Of a DNA stretch of 64,000 bases, positions 52,400 through 64,000 are shown in pieces. Below the pieces are notes generated by a model. The model saw nothing but the letters and a program-made list of their open reading frames with translations. It searched no databases and was not told where the DNA came from. A program made the translations under genes and the position numbers. The stretch is from Guillardia theta CCMP2712 (lineage: Eukaryota > Protista > Cryptophyta): positions 113,501 through 177,500 of the forward strand of contig NW_005434539.1 in assembly GCF_000315625.1 (NCBI RefSeq), read 5' to 3'. Position 1 is the first letter of the stretch. Each line of letters begins with the position of its first letter.

Positions 52400-55300
52400 C
52401 ACCGTTCATACACGCAGCTTAACACCGGAAGGCACAAACGTACAGCAGGGGCACCACGAGTTGTAAACGAACACGTGTCCAGTCGCATTCACCATCTTGG
52501 TCAAGAAGTTTGCATCTCCGCAGTAAGGATACAAGGACTTGCACTCATCCAAGGCTACAAATTGTTCTCACCGAACGTCTAGCAAGAACAAGTTGCACAT
52601 CAAAAACTTACAGTACACTGGGCCAAAGCAGCCTAACAGGAACGGAGGGTAATCTGTGCTGTGATAGTGGTACACGACACCAGCAGAAATGTTGTAAGGC
52701 TTGTTCTCTGGGACTGGACCTGCTCGACGTGTCAATATGCGGAAGAACGCAAGCTCTCGCCCACCAAAGTGTCCATTACATGCATCCAATACAGGTTTCT
52801 TGCCCGAGCCCTCCCAGCGACCATAGATAACGTGTCCATCCAGAGCAACCGCGATGGCGGGGCTATGCGACGAGTCATCGGAGATGTTGTAGTCGCAGAC
52901 AAGGTCGGTTTGATAGAAGAAAGGGTCTGCATGTCCCCCGCCACACTTGTCAACGAGGCTGAACGAGTCGTTGAGCTTGCACTGATACCTCAGCTTGCAA
53001 GGAGAGGTCAAACGGTCAAGTTGAAATCAATGCGCACCTTTACCTGATTTGTGCAAACAAACTCATCTAACCCAGTCCCGCAGCTTCCTGTTGGACAGAT
53101 TTGACCCGCAGCAAATCCTTGTGTGAACGGGCTGTAGACGTTGCAACCTCCTTTCAACGAGATCGCAATGCGGCCGAGGAGAGGTATGCCCTGCGGGTTG
53201 TTTGTGAACCTGAATTGCGGGTCTGGAATTGTCTGAGAAGAGCATTGGACTGCAGGAGGCAGAGGCACGGGGTAGTTAGGGCAAAGGTTGGATGTTGCCG
53301 TTCCTGCAAGAGTCCCAGAAGAAGTCTCGTAAAGCAGGTGGGTAGCCGGGATGACTCCATACTTGTTGGGCTCGAAGAAGACGATGTAGTAACTGTTGAC
53401 CCCGCCATCAAACGTGCATGTTCCTGACAGTGACGGACACAGGTTGGAGGAGAAGAACCCGACCCTCGCGCTGTATCCTGGGACTCCATATGGGGCGCCA
53501 CACACATCCTTGCAATCTCTTACCCATACCTGATGGAGAGTTTGCTGATCGTACGAACCGTAATCATCGCATTCCCATCTGCCATTGAAACCAAGGGTCC
53601 AGTGATAGCTCGGCGGTCTGAAGAAGGGAAACACCGTCAGGCCGTCAAGCAGAGTGACATAATGAGAATCCCAAAAGTTGGTTGAGTTTGCGCCCATAGG
53701 CAGGACAGCCTGACCGATATCACGTCACGATAGCAGTCAGGGTGTTGAGCTTTCAACTTACTGAGTGTCCTGGCAGTAAAGAAGTGTTGATCTGCCACCA
53801 CGTGTAGTTGTTCCATTGTGCGAGGCCACGTTTTACGATTCCAACAACTCCTTCATTCCGTGTTTTGAAGTCTAGAATGCGATTATGGCTCGTCGTCTTG
53901 CAGAAAAACCGGGTTTCAGTTGCGGTGTACAGCACTCCTTTGCTAAAGTTGTTCAGGTAAACATGCGAGAAGCAGTCTGGTAAGCCAATGAGCTAAGTTT
54001 GCTGAATCCACACAAATATACCAACTGGATCCACAGGAACAGCCCTGCTGTTCAATCCTTGAGAAGTTTTCCATTGCCTTGACAACAAAGATGAATGAGA
54101 TCAGAGCTTCACCCTAAATTATTGACCTGTTGTAGCACAGCATCAACATCCATCCTACTTTAACCGTCAAACGTCGCATGGTTTGATCCAGTCAAGATCA
54201 CCTCCACCGTCTGTTTCCATATCGCAATACGCCTTGCTGTGTTTGACGCTCTTATAAATCGCTTCAGTGGCACAAGCACAATGCATTCCTCCATCCTCAC
54301 GGGCATCTCTGTGGATGAGTTGTATGCATAAGGTACAGGGTTGTCCGTTGAGTAGTTGGCAGCCGTCTCGATGGAAAGCATGTAGACCCTAGCAGCGAAC
54401 AACATCATTCAACCAAACGGACTCCCTGGCCCGCTTACCCGGACTTGTTGAAGCCGCTTGTAAGGTACTGCATGCAAGTGTAGGCGTGGAAGCAGTGTGT
54501 CATGTTTGTACCTGACATGTCGTCAAATGCTCTCACAAATAGTTTGAGGGGCATTGTACCATTTCTAGAGGTTGATCCAGCAGGACAGGCCTTACAGGTT
54601 GTGTTCCACTCCCCTTCAAATCTCTTGAAGTATCCCACGGGACATGGCAGACAAACCCCGCCGGAGGTATCGTAGCAACCCTCTCGGTAACTGCACCAAT
54701 GCCATCAGATTAGATACACGACTTGTTCAATTTCCTTCCAGGAGGGCAGAATGAACAATTTCTGCACATGTCATTTTCACTGTAAGACCCATATGGGCAT
54801 GAAGTATTGCTGGCGTTCGAAGAGTTTGAAAAGTTGGTATAGAGCGAAGATGTAGATCGTATGCCATATACGTTCGATGAAGGAAATATCTTTCCCTTCG
54901 AAATTGTCAACGGAATAACTCACTGAACAAGCATACTTTGATTCCAATTCTTTTCTGATGCATTGCGAGTAAATCTAGCGTACAGAACGATCATTTTTGC
55001 TCCAATGGAGAGGAAGGTAGTATACGTGATCTTTGATGAAATGTTAGCTTCATCATGCTCGTGGCGTTGAATGCAGTCAATCTGGACAGCAACATTCCGT
55101 AGGCAAAAAATCTATTGGCTGTAGGTTCCTGTGGCAAAAGTGAGTTGAGACATTTAATTCATTTGTATCTCACAGATTCGATTATCAAATTTTTGAGATG
55201 ATTGTCATCAAGTTGAAGAGATCTCCTTGCGGGCATGGTCTTGAAATATTGCAGCTCTATTTGATGGGATTGATCTACATTACTTTTGGTGCTTAGATAA

Positions 55301-55812
55301 CGTGAGGTGAATGCCGTCATGATGTGTTTGAAATCATCCCAATTGATTCGGCAATCACCACCTGTCAAGCAGCTAAGACATATGGAAAGAGCGAAACGTT
55401 TGCCTACATTCTCTCAATTCTATGCCAGCATCTGTCTTTACCGCCTCGAGAAACAATCGAAAATCGTCCCCAAAATCAAGAAAAGCTTCAAGACAAGTTG
55501 ATCACAATATGCCAAAAAGTCACGGTGTCAAGTGTTACCTTTGTTTTGTTGTGTCAGAATATCATCAAACACCCAGCCTACATCGTAGATTGACAATCTT
55601 TCATCTTTTGCTGCTTTGCAATTCTTGAATGTTTCCTGCCATCTGGACAACATGCCTTTCTTTATCGCCTCAATCCACAACTGACCGATAGGAAGAGAAT
55701 TTGCACCCGGAGTAGTCTGAGTATCATTCGGGAGAATGTCAAGTTGTTGATGGGAGGGAGGAGCGAAGAAGAAGAGGGAAAGCAGAAACAACAATCCTCC
55801 TGAGCTCGTCAT
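52400..55812 (-). CDS. Secreted multi-exon protein with Cys-rich repeats and a C-terminal YHYH domain (may be two genes)
   Basis: Signal peptide MTSSGGLLFLLSLFFFAPP; CPVGYFK...CKACPAGSTS (GCC2/ephrin-receptor-like); YHYH hallmarks GGHAD, HSPAIAVALDGHVIYG, LDACNGH, YHYHSTDYPPFLLGCFG. Confidence 0.7.
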
Positions 55813-56775
55813 CGCTCAATGCCTCTGTCTCCGGCATAGTAGCAGGCTGCGTTCTCGTCCCCGGGCACACATGGAGTCCGATGCTCAGTTGGACCTAACC
55901 ACTCTGTATCCTACCACTATTTGAGCAAACGCACTACCTTTCCCAAGTTGAGTAATCATTCCGCAAAGCTGGGCAAGTTTAAGAAAAATGGGGTTGGGGA
56001 GAAGAATTGAAGGTGAAGATGGATAATGACATGTTACTGAGATTGAAGTCTTGTCGAGACCTGAATACATTTCTAAGATTATGATTACTCCCAACATCAA
56101 AGTGAATGGGATATAGAAAACAAATCCCTTTTTGTACTTCCAGCAACACAACTTGTGTGTCTTCTGAATGAATCCATCGTGACAAAGTGAAAATGATAAG
56201 GGTTCAAGTTGTAATCAACCGAGTGCAGTACATAGTGCAGTACATAGTGCCTGAAAATGTTGTGGTATGACGAATACTCCAGTCCTCTGGTTCTTTGATC
56301 ATGATTCTTCAACCAGACCGAAACAAGTCACTTTCCACTTTTTCAGCATTTCCTCTGTTTGGGACGTCCCTCCCGTGAACAGCGTCGACTTTCCTCTGTT
56401 TGAGGTGGCCCTTCCGTGAACAGCCTCTCTCACTCCATATCTTTGAAATCCTCGCATTTCTGATCTGCGCATGTCTCACCAGCTTCCTTTTATCCTCGCT
56501 CTTTCGATTGCCTTCGATTTTCATTGTGTAATTCACGTTCGTAAAAGCTTCAACTTCTAAACTCTCCGTCATCTGGCCATTTCGAATCCTGTGATATATT
56601 CTATGTTCTGGAACACTCAACAAAATAGAAGCAGCAGATTTTGCTATAATGCCAGGTATATCGTACGATTAGCCCAACACGGGCATTTTCCATTCTCATG
56701 TGCGTGTATGAGCCGACTATGACACATCGAAAAGAGAACCAAAAGAATGATCTCGAGTAACATCATGTTTATAGC

Positions 56776-57768
56776 TCAAAAAATGAAAGTAGATTCATCG
56801 TAATCGTCCTCGACTTCACCTTCACATGTTATCTCGGGGATTCGCTCTCCATTCTCATCAAGAAATGCAGACATCCTTGCAAGCCCAGTAGAAAACAACC
56901 ATTTGTTCTCATTCTCGAAGAATGTATGCTCCTCCGTATCCATTGTGTCATATCGCAGATCACCATCATCCTCAGCGAACAGCACAGGGCTCCTGCCCTC
57001 GTATTCCTTCAACAAAGCTTCACTTTCTGCCGTACAGCGCTCTTCAAATTCTTTTCTCAAACGCGCAGTGCGCTGTTCAAGCTTTCTTTCAAAAGCTCGC
57101 TCTTTTTCGAACAGAATAGGTTCCATTTCGGCAGACCAATCCTTGTCTGCCAACACTGAACTCATCATCTTTTTCTCGATTTCCAATCTGAAATTGTCAA
57201 GCTCACGAGCCTCGCATTGTAGGTCGACTCGCTCCCTTTGCTCTCTTTCAAGTCGGTATTTGCGCTCCTTCAAAACATGATCCATGGCCTCTCGTCGCTT
57301 CCGCAAGGCTTCACAAATCTTATCGTGTTCTTTCCGCTTGTCGGGATTTCTGCGACTCATTTCACCAATTCGACTTAGCAGATCTCCGAGCTCCCTCTTG
57401 CGTTGCGAGAAGTATCGCCGCTCTCGCCGATCTCTCCTTAGCTGCTCGTGGTCAGGATACTCATTCAGGCAAGGCTCTGAAGCAGGGACGACATCCATGC
57501 AGACAACGACAGCCATGTTGCGAGCTTCTCCCATATAAGTATCAATCGTCTCCCGGCTGAGGCGTTTGAGCATGAACCCCATCAGCATATTGCGGGCCAA
57601 GAAACCGTCTGCAAGGAACGCTTGATAGAAGCGGTCCAAACATGCTGCTACTTTTGCGTCGGGTCTGTAACGAACGTCGCGGTAATCAACAAACAGACTC
57701 GCGCCGTGCATAACGCCAGCTTTCTTGTGGTAGAAGGCTGCAACATAAGTCACGAGGGCATAGGGCAA
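56776..57768 (-). CDS. Hypothetical intronless coiled-coil protein (~311-330 aa)
   Basis: Long clean ORF with a charged helical middle. First ATG is at about 57711; the listed start is non-ATG. Confidence 0.6.
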   Translation of the reverse strand: MPYALVTYVAAFYHKKAGVMHGASLFVDYRDVRYRPDAKVAACLDRFYQAFLADGFLARNMLMGFMLKRLSRETIDTYMGEARNMAVVVCMDVVPASEPCLNEYPDHEQLRRDRRERRYFSQRKRELGDLLSRIGEMSRRNPDKRKEHDKICEALRKRREAMDHVLKERKYRLEREQRERVDLQCEARELDNFRLEIEKKMMSSVLADKDWSAEMEPILFEKERAFERKLEQRTARLRKEFEERCTAESEALLKEYEGRSPVLFAEDDGDLRYDTMDTEEHTFFENENKWLFSTGLARMSAFLDENGERIPEITCEGEVEDDYDESTFIF

Positions 57769-57799
57769 GCAAGTGACCCCTCACCATCTGCCTTAACGT

Positions 57800-59900
57800 T
57801 GTTCACTCCCGAGAAGATTGGCTGCCATAAGGAGACACCTGTACCAAAATCTTCAACTGCAACCTCACGCTCTTGCAAATGTTCAATTCACATGTCAAGT
57901 CGAATTGAAAAGGTTGTGTTCCCAGGTTGAGTCGAATGTTGTCAAATTGCTGTACCCCGATCTGCTTTATTGTGAATTTGAAAGTTGAGTTTGAGGATGT
58001 TGGAAATACCGTTGGATACACCATGAGAGCTGCTCCTTGGCGATACACCTGTCACCAATCTCTTATGAGATTTGCTGACATCATGCGAAACATCGACCTG
58101 TGAATCGAATTGCACGGTGCAGGCAAAACTGTGAAACTGCAATCTCTTTAGCTCCAAAGCTCCACCTCGGCTGGATGACCCACCACTCCATTTTTAGTGT
58201 AGAACAAGATTGGCCATTTTGTGTCCAATCTCAATCCACAACCAATCTACAATAAAAGTCAATTCATTTTCATTGCCGAGAATAAATGATACTGTGTCGC
58301 CTGGACCAAACGGCACTTCTACCTCATACGATTTTGATTCACAAAACCAGAACCTAACAACTGGCAGTCATTGTCTAACAAATAAACAGCAAGTCCGTTT
58401 ACCTTCCTTTGCCTGACAAAATACCAATAGACCCAAAATCTTTTCCAGGAAGATTCGTCTGCTGATTCATTAATCCCAGTCAAGAGAGCATTGAATGATT
58501 CAAGAAACAGAAAGCAGACTAAGAGGCAATTTCAAAATGAAGCAATGCACAGTCACCAGGTCCGAATAGCTCGTCGAGACCCCACATGACACGACGCACG
58601 GTTTCGGTTTTCCTGCTTCCTCTTGCCTGGTTCAATTCACATCAACAAATCGAAAAATAACAATCAGAAGCGAGAACCCTTTGGACAGAGTGATTTCGTA
58701 GTATCTCACGGGAAGGAGAAACAGGTTATATTCTGGTCTCGATGACTGCGATTCTTGAGAAATTTCAATCGAGTTTTCAGGCAGGAGATGATTGAGCTTT
58801 GTACAACCTTTTCGATGCGGTTGATGTACCTTAAACTTGGTGATCTCGTACTCCCATTGATCGAGCAGCCACGACGGGGAAGGGACAGGGGGATTCCTCG
58901 CATCGCTCAGAACCTATCACGAGGAAGAATGAACGCAGTGGAGTACAGGACATCGAACATTCTCACAGGGTGAAGAAACCTGCTCTTGCAAAATGCCGGA
59001 AACGCAGAGAACAGAAGATGTGTTAGAGTAAAAAGATTGGAACATCATGCTTCAAGACAGGACTCCGGCTAGCAGGAGGATAAGCATCGGCACATGGATA
59101 CCTTGCATCATCGAAGGCTGCTATGTGCCACTCCTTCCAAACCTTGGCATGATTCACACTGACCTTTGAATGAGTCGTTGGACACCATTCAGCACGGTTA
59201 CCGCATATCCCAAAATTTCTCTTTGAGTTCAAATGCTAAAAGTTCATCTTTATCTTTCATCTGCGGAGAACAGACGTTTCAGTATTGCTTTTACGGATAA
59301 CATGATTATTTTCAAACTCGTTGCACATAGCTGTGAAGCAATCCAACAATAAACCATTCTTGAACATTGTCACCTGTTTTTTCAAAGCTTGTCGAACATT
59401 CATGCACCTTGGAGGCTCGGCATAATACTAAAATCAGACTGAGATGAAGAGCGCAAAAATACACTAAAAGACCGCGTCGAGGGCCATACACTCCATGTAC
59501 TCTTTGAGCTCTGCAGGAGGGCTGAGAACTTGTCAAGATCAGCCAGGCACACGAGCTTTAAAGACCGTGGGGGGGTCCTATACTGGATCACCCAGGGCTC
59601 AAACGTCCTCACAGACCGAGCTTTTCCGTATTTGCCGTGAGAATTGATTAGGAACTGACGGAGGGCCATCAATCAAACGAGGTTCAGGCAGGTCAGGCAG
59701 CGCACCTCCCCAGTGTCCTCGTTCTTCTCCAAAAAGATTCCATGGATTCCGTTGACCGCATTTCTGAGGTTTGATCAGAGCGCTGCTAATAAACAACTCT
59801 CAAGCTACATGTCGTCGGGATCAAATCGGGTTAAATCTGGAAACACAAGCGTCTGAGGGAACTTCTTCATTCTCTGGAACTTGGTCAGCGGCGGCAAACG
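57800..59900 (-). CDS. Hypothetical multi-exon protein
   Basis: Series of short minus-strand ORF fragments with GT/AG-like boundaries; no recognisable domain. Confidence 0.25.
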
Positions 59901-60832
59901 TCTGTATGCGAAGCTTACATAAAGCATGGGGGCGACTCGTCGCCAGCCATAGTGACGTTTCAGCTGCTCAGACCATGATTCACAGCATCCTTATACTCTG
60001 CTGCTGCTTACCTTGATTGCTTTAGCGAAGCAAGCTAATGGCTGCATGGCGTCCATTTGCATGCACAGGACCTGCCCGAAGCATGAGTGAAAGATGCTCC
60101 ACAGCATGTAGTTTTCCGTGCCTTCCACGTGGAGTCCAAGAGAAACACAGCACGAAGATGCTTTGCAACCAGGGAGAGCTTTGAAGCATACTCCAGCGGC
60201 TGCGACTACCTTAAGCCCTCCATCATCACCAAGGCACAAGCGAAACCAGGAAGCGAACGATGCCAGAGAGACATTCCAATGGCAACTCGGAGAGTTTGTA
60301 CACTAGCAAGCTGTCAGAGAGAGGAGGGGGAGGGCAATGCGCCTCGCCTGGTATGACCGCTAGAGGGGATTGCGGCTCCTTGGGCATGCGAGAAGAAGCC
60401 GAAGGAAAACCTTGAGGTATCAATGGTTCATTCCCGTGCATGCTCCCTTGCCTTTCCCCCTCCTCTCTCAACCCTCCTCCTCCTCCCTCTATCTCTCTAC
60501 CGCTGCTCCTTCGTCCCTCCCCCCTCTCATGCCTGCAGTCATACAGCCCATCCCAAGCCCTCTAATTATTTTACGCCCCCTCTCTAAATATTAGCGAGTA
60601 AACAAGTGGGATGCTATCAATTTAGACAGATCAGTTTGCACTGCCCACAGACGCTCCAGAGCGCCGGGAAGGACCAGACGGTCGTACATGGCAAGCTAAA
60701 GTTTACTATGAGAGAGAATAGAACAACATGTAGCATTCTAGTTTACACTGATGGAGATCAGAAACATGCAAAGCAGCCTCTCTTGCTTCCGAGTTTGTCA
60801 CATGGTTGGAGGCGCAAGGAGCTCGCACTCAC

Positions 60833-62048
60833 CTACTCTTGGTGGTCTCCCGTCAAGGTTGGCTTGAAGCACAGAGAGATGGTAGGGAGATCTCGACTTG
60901 TCTTGAAGAAGCGTCAGGGAACGAGTTCTCACACTCTTATCATACATGTAGGAACATGGCAATAAACGAGAACTTGGAGATGAAGTCGATGACAGCATAC
61001 ATCACTTCCTTCAAGTTCCATGCAATGGTCCCACTGCCGTCTCCAATCGCCCAGAGAGCAGGGTAGAGGGACCTGGAACCGACTCAGAGGCGGCATGCGG
61101 TCAAACTTCACACCATGTGATGATCACAACACGGACAAGCTTCTTGTAAGACTGGAGCACCATGTTTCTCTCGGCCGTCTTCATCAGAGGGCTAGAGCGC
61201 GTCACCTGTCATTCAGTCGACAGCGCGCGAGAAGAGCCGCTCACCACTGACTCGACGCCAGTTGATTCATCAGCATGACAAACAACCCCAGCCCGAAGAC
61301 CCAGTACGTCCACTGATCAAGCATCATACAGACGGAAAACAGCAAACCTTGCAAACCTTGGATATCTGAGAGGCTGGCACGATAGTCCCGATGACCCCAC
61401 AAGTATGCAGAGCAGCATTTATCATGAAGAGATATGTTTTATATTCCCAGTTAATCAGCGTCTTGTACTTCTTCTGCTTCGAAATGTTCTTGCTGCTGTC
61501 GACGACAACTGCAAAAACATTCAAAATTCAGCTCAGATACTTTTTTGTCAACCTGTAAGGATGAAAAGATCAATCGAAGTAGAGAATGTCCAGAAAACAT
61601 TCCTCATCCAATACACAGGGGGGTTTGTTGGTCTATGTAACATGACCCCTGGCTGCAGGATAATTCCTGGCTCGACTTTCACATCGTAAACTTCATAAAG
61701 CAAACCGATGTTAAGACTCATGAAAAGATACATGGAAGCCGTAATGAGGAACTGCAAGGAGAAAATCCAATACAACAGGCAATTCCTTTGAAAGCTCTCG
61801 ATAGAAAATGTAAGAGCCAGGATTATTGACGCAGCTGCAAGGAATAATGCCATACAGATGTACCATAATGTGTATGGGTTAAAATCAGCATACTGTATCC
61901 CTAAATAGTTTGTAGACGTTGTTGAGTTGTATTCCCCGATCAGGTCTGAAAACGTGAGATTCTGAAAGCCCGATGGTGTGTTTGATGAAATGTTCTGGTT
62001 GATCACAACATCCAGGACGGTTGTGGTTGAGTTTTGAGTTGTGCTCAT
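60833..62048 (-). CDS. Microbial (type-1) rhodopsin, atypical TM3 (F/S/I at BR 85/89/96); exons 62048-61553, 61508-61357, 61312-61245, 61191-61114, 61072-60946, last exon(s) uncertain
   Basis: Introns of 41-53 nt (GT..AG) join TM3 VYWMRNVFWTFSTSIDLFIL, TM4 INAALHTCGVIG, TM5 KWTYWVFGLGLF, TM6 IITWSLYPALWAIG and TM7 MYAVIDFISKFSF (DxxxK; retinal Lys codon 60975-60973). Confidence 0.9.
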
Positions 62049-62250
62049 GTTGAGTATGCCTATGGATGTTGTTGATACCTTATGAAGGCATTACTGCTCA
62101 TCCCACTTCACCGCAGAGTCTTTCATTCGCTTTCTCAATTTCCCCGCGAGCAGTTACAAATAAACCGTCACAACCGGGTTTTAGTTAGACAGTAGGATCA
62201 AGATCATCATCAAGTCGACGGCGGCATCTGGTCGCTTCACGAGGAAGGAG

Positions 62251-63192
62251 ATGGAGGGGCTGTGCAACGGCGGCAACACGTCTATCGCAAGAGTCAAGAG
62301 AGTCTTGTTGGAGATCGCTAACAGGCTCGAGATCAACGTTGAAGGCATCGACATGGAGGAGGATTTGAACACCAAGTCCTGGAACGGGTCCAAGCTATGC
62401 ATCCTCCTCGGCTCCACGGAGGATGCTCGACGCATGATGAAGGAGCTGCCCTTCTATCTCGAAGGCGCAGCAACCAAGCTCGAAGCAGTCGGCTTCGACA
62501 AGGAGCCTGACTCTGAGGCGGCTGGTCAGCGGGGCACCAGCGACGCAGCGCAGCGACAGGAGGAGAGCGAGGGAGAGTGGCTGGAGTTTACAGACCTGGA
62601 GAGGATCACCATGGAGGCAGCATCTCCGTCAAGCCAAGAGGACATGCAGCTCGTCAGCGAGCTGTCAGCAGTCATCGAAGATGCAGCTTCTTTGAACGAG
62701 GCGGGGACGAGCGAGCCGATCAAGCTGGTCCTGGACAAGGCCGTTGGCAACCTCCACGACACGTTCTACTCTCCGGGGAGCCTGGAGTTCATGTCGCTGG
62801 GAGAGTGGGCGAAGATGCCAGAGGAGCAGGGAGTTGGGCGCAACGTTCTCAAGGAGAAGCTGGGGAAGTGGCTGCAGAGCAAGCGCTGGACTCGCGTGCA
62901 AGGAGAGAGCAAGAAGGCAAGGAGGGGCAGCGCGTTCTCGCCACGGGCAACGGCAGCTGCTGAGCTTGAGCAGGAGGCGGAGAGCGACGACATAGAGCGT
63001 CGATCTCTTAGCTTCCTGTTCATAGCACTGAGTAAATTCGCAGAGATGCATGTGCTGGCCTGCTCGCTGAAGGTGGACAAGAAGGACCGACTGCGGGTGG
63101 AGATGAGGGAAGATGGCGAAGCAGAGGAAGACATGGAGGAAGAGCAAGGCGAGGGCGAGGAAGAAGACGGGGCGAGCCCGTACCGAGCTTGA
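62251..63192 (+). CDS. Hypothetical subtelomeric acidic protein, 313 aa, intronless
   Basis: ATG-initiated long ORF with protein-like composition; no domain recognised. Confidence 0.6.
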   Translation: MEGLCNGGNTSIARVKRVLLEIANRLEINVEGIDMEEDLNTKSWNGSKLCILLGSTEDARRMMKELPFYLEGAATKLEAVGFDKEPDSEAAGQRGTSDAAQRQEESEGEWLEFTDLERITMEAASPSSQEDMQLVSELSAVIEDAASLNEAGTSEPIKLVLDKAVGNLHDTFYSPGSLEFMSLGEWAKMPEEQGVGRNVLKEKLGKWLQSKRWTRVQGESKKARRGSAFSPRATAAAELEQEAESDDIERRSLSFLFIALSKFAEMHVLACSLKVDKKDRLRVEMREDGEAEEDMEEEQGEGEEEDGASPYRA

Positions 63193-63222
63193 GCTGAGCT
63201 CAAGGTAAGTAGAGAAGGTGGA

Positions 63223-63430
63223 GGCGACCGAAGGCCAAGGTGAGGAGAGGCAACTCTCCTGACTGAAGCTGAGGAAGCTGAATGGAGGATGAGTAGGTGG
63301 CGACCGAAGGCCAAGGTGAGGAGAGGCAACTCTCCTGACTGAGGCTGAGGAAGCTGAATGGAGGTAGAGTAGGTGGTGACCGAAGGCCAAGGTGAGGAGA
63401 GGCAACTCTCCTAACTGAGGCTGAGGAAGC
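63223..63430. repeat. Subtelomeric 76-bp tandem repeat (about 2.7 copies)
   Basis: GG[C/T]GACCGAAGGCCAAGGTGAGGAGAGGCAACTCTCCT at 63223, 63299 and 63375. Confidence 0.9.
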
Positions 63431-63528
63431 CAAGAGAAGACAGCAAAAGTAGAAAGTAGAAAGACGCCTCAGAAGCAGGGTTCGCATTGTAGGCCGTGTA
63501 CTCCCAGTGCTCGAGCGCCTCTTTAGAC

Positions 63529-63716
63529 TAGGATCAAATTGCATAAGCCCACAACGAGGCCGAGCAACATTCTAGCATTCTCATAAACTCACATAATAAT
63601 AATAATAATAATAATAATAGGGTTTAGGATCAAATTGCAAAAGCCCACAAGGAGGCCGAGCAACATTCTAGCATTCTAATAAACTCACATAATAATAATA
63701 ATAATAATAGGGTTTG
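63529..63716. repeat. Telomere-associated ~95-bp repeat, two copies, each ending (TAA)n-AGGGTTT
   Basis: TAGGATCAAATTGCA..GCCCACAA..GAGGCCGAGCAACATTCTAGCATTCT occurs twice. Confidence 0.9.
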
Positions 63717-63776
63717 CTGGAGTTTACACTGACCTGGAGAGGATCACAATGGAAGCAGCTTCTCCATGGAGGCAGC

Positions 63777-64000
63777 TTTAGGGTTTAAGGTTTCGGGTTT
63801 AGGGTTTAGGGTTCAGGGTTTAGGGTTTAGGGTTTAGGGTTTGGGGTTTAGGGTTTAGGGTTTAGGGTTTAGGGTTTAGGGTTTAGGGTTTAGGGTTTAG
63901 GGTTTAGGGTTTAGGGTTTAGGGTTTAGGGTTTAGGGTTTAGGGTTTAGGGTTTAGGGTTTAGGGTTTAGGGTTTAGGGTTTAGGGTTTAGGGGTTTAGG
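63777..64000 (+). repeat. Telomere (TTTAGGG)n
   Basis: G-rich strand runs 5'->3' to the window end. Degenerate proximal units (TTTAAGG, TTTCGGG, TTCAGGG) are followed by mostly perfect repeats. Confidence 0.98.

Overview
Eukaryotic, intron-rich nuclear DNA that ends in a (TTTAGGG)n telomere, i.e. the terminal 64 kb of a chromosome arm. It is almost certainly the cryptophyte alga Guillardia theta, because one gene matches my recollection of the light-gated anion channelrhodopsin GtACR2 (minus strand, 14810-13445, one 49-nt intron). Introns are mostly about 40-55 nt, plus some longer microsatellite-filled ones. A second, very different type-1 rhodopsin can be assembled across at least five exons near the telomere (62048 to about 60833). 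It keeps the retinal-binding Lys but has Phe in place of the Asp85 counterion. Other supported genes: an Aa_trans amino-acid transporter, three tandem HTH/AT-hook-like paralogues, an ATP-grasp protein, an EFM7/NNT1-type methyltransferase, a bacterial-type DUF4186 protein with a PIP-box-like tail, an intronless septin with two putative transmembrane helices, a secreted YHYH-domain protein and several hypotheticals. Repeats: a ~1.04-kb tandem array containing a solo LTR and a probable MITE, several minisatellites, and GC-rich islands built of short palindromes. Copy-to-copy comparison suggests the islands form by repeated hairpin-type (P-nucleotide-like) insertions. Seven N-gaps limit interpretation. 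All family assignments are by motif recognition; no searches were run.
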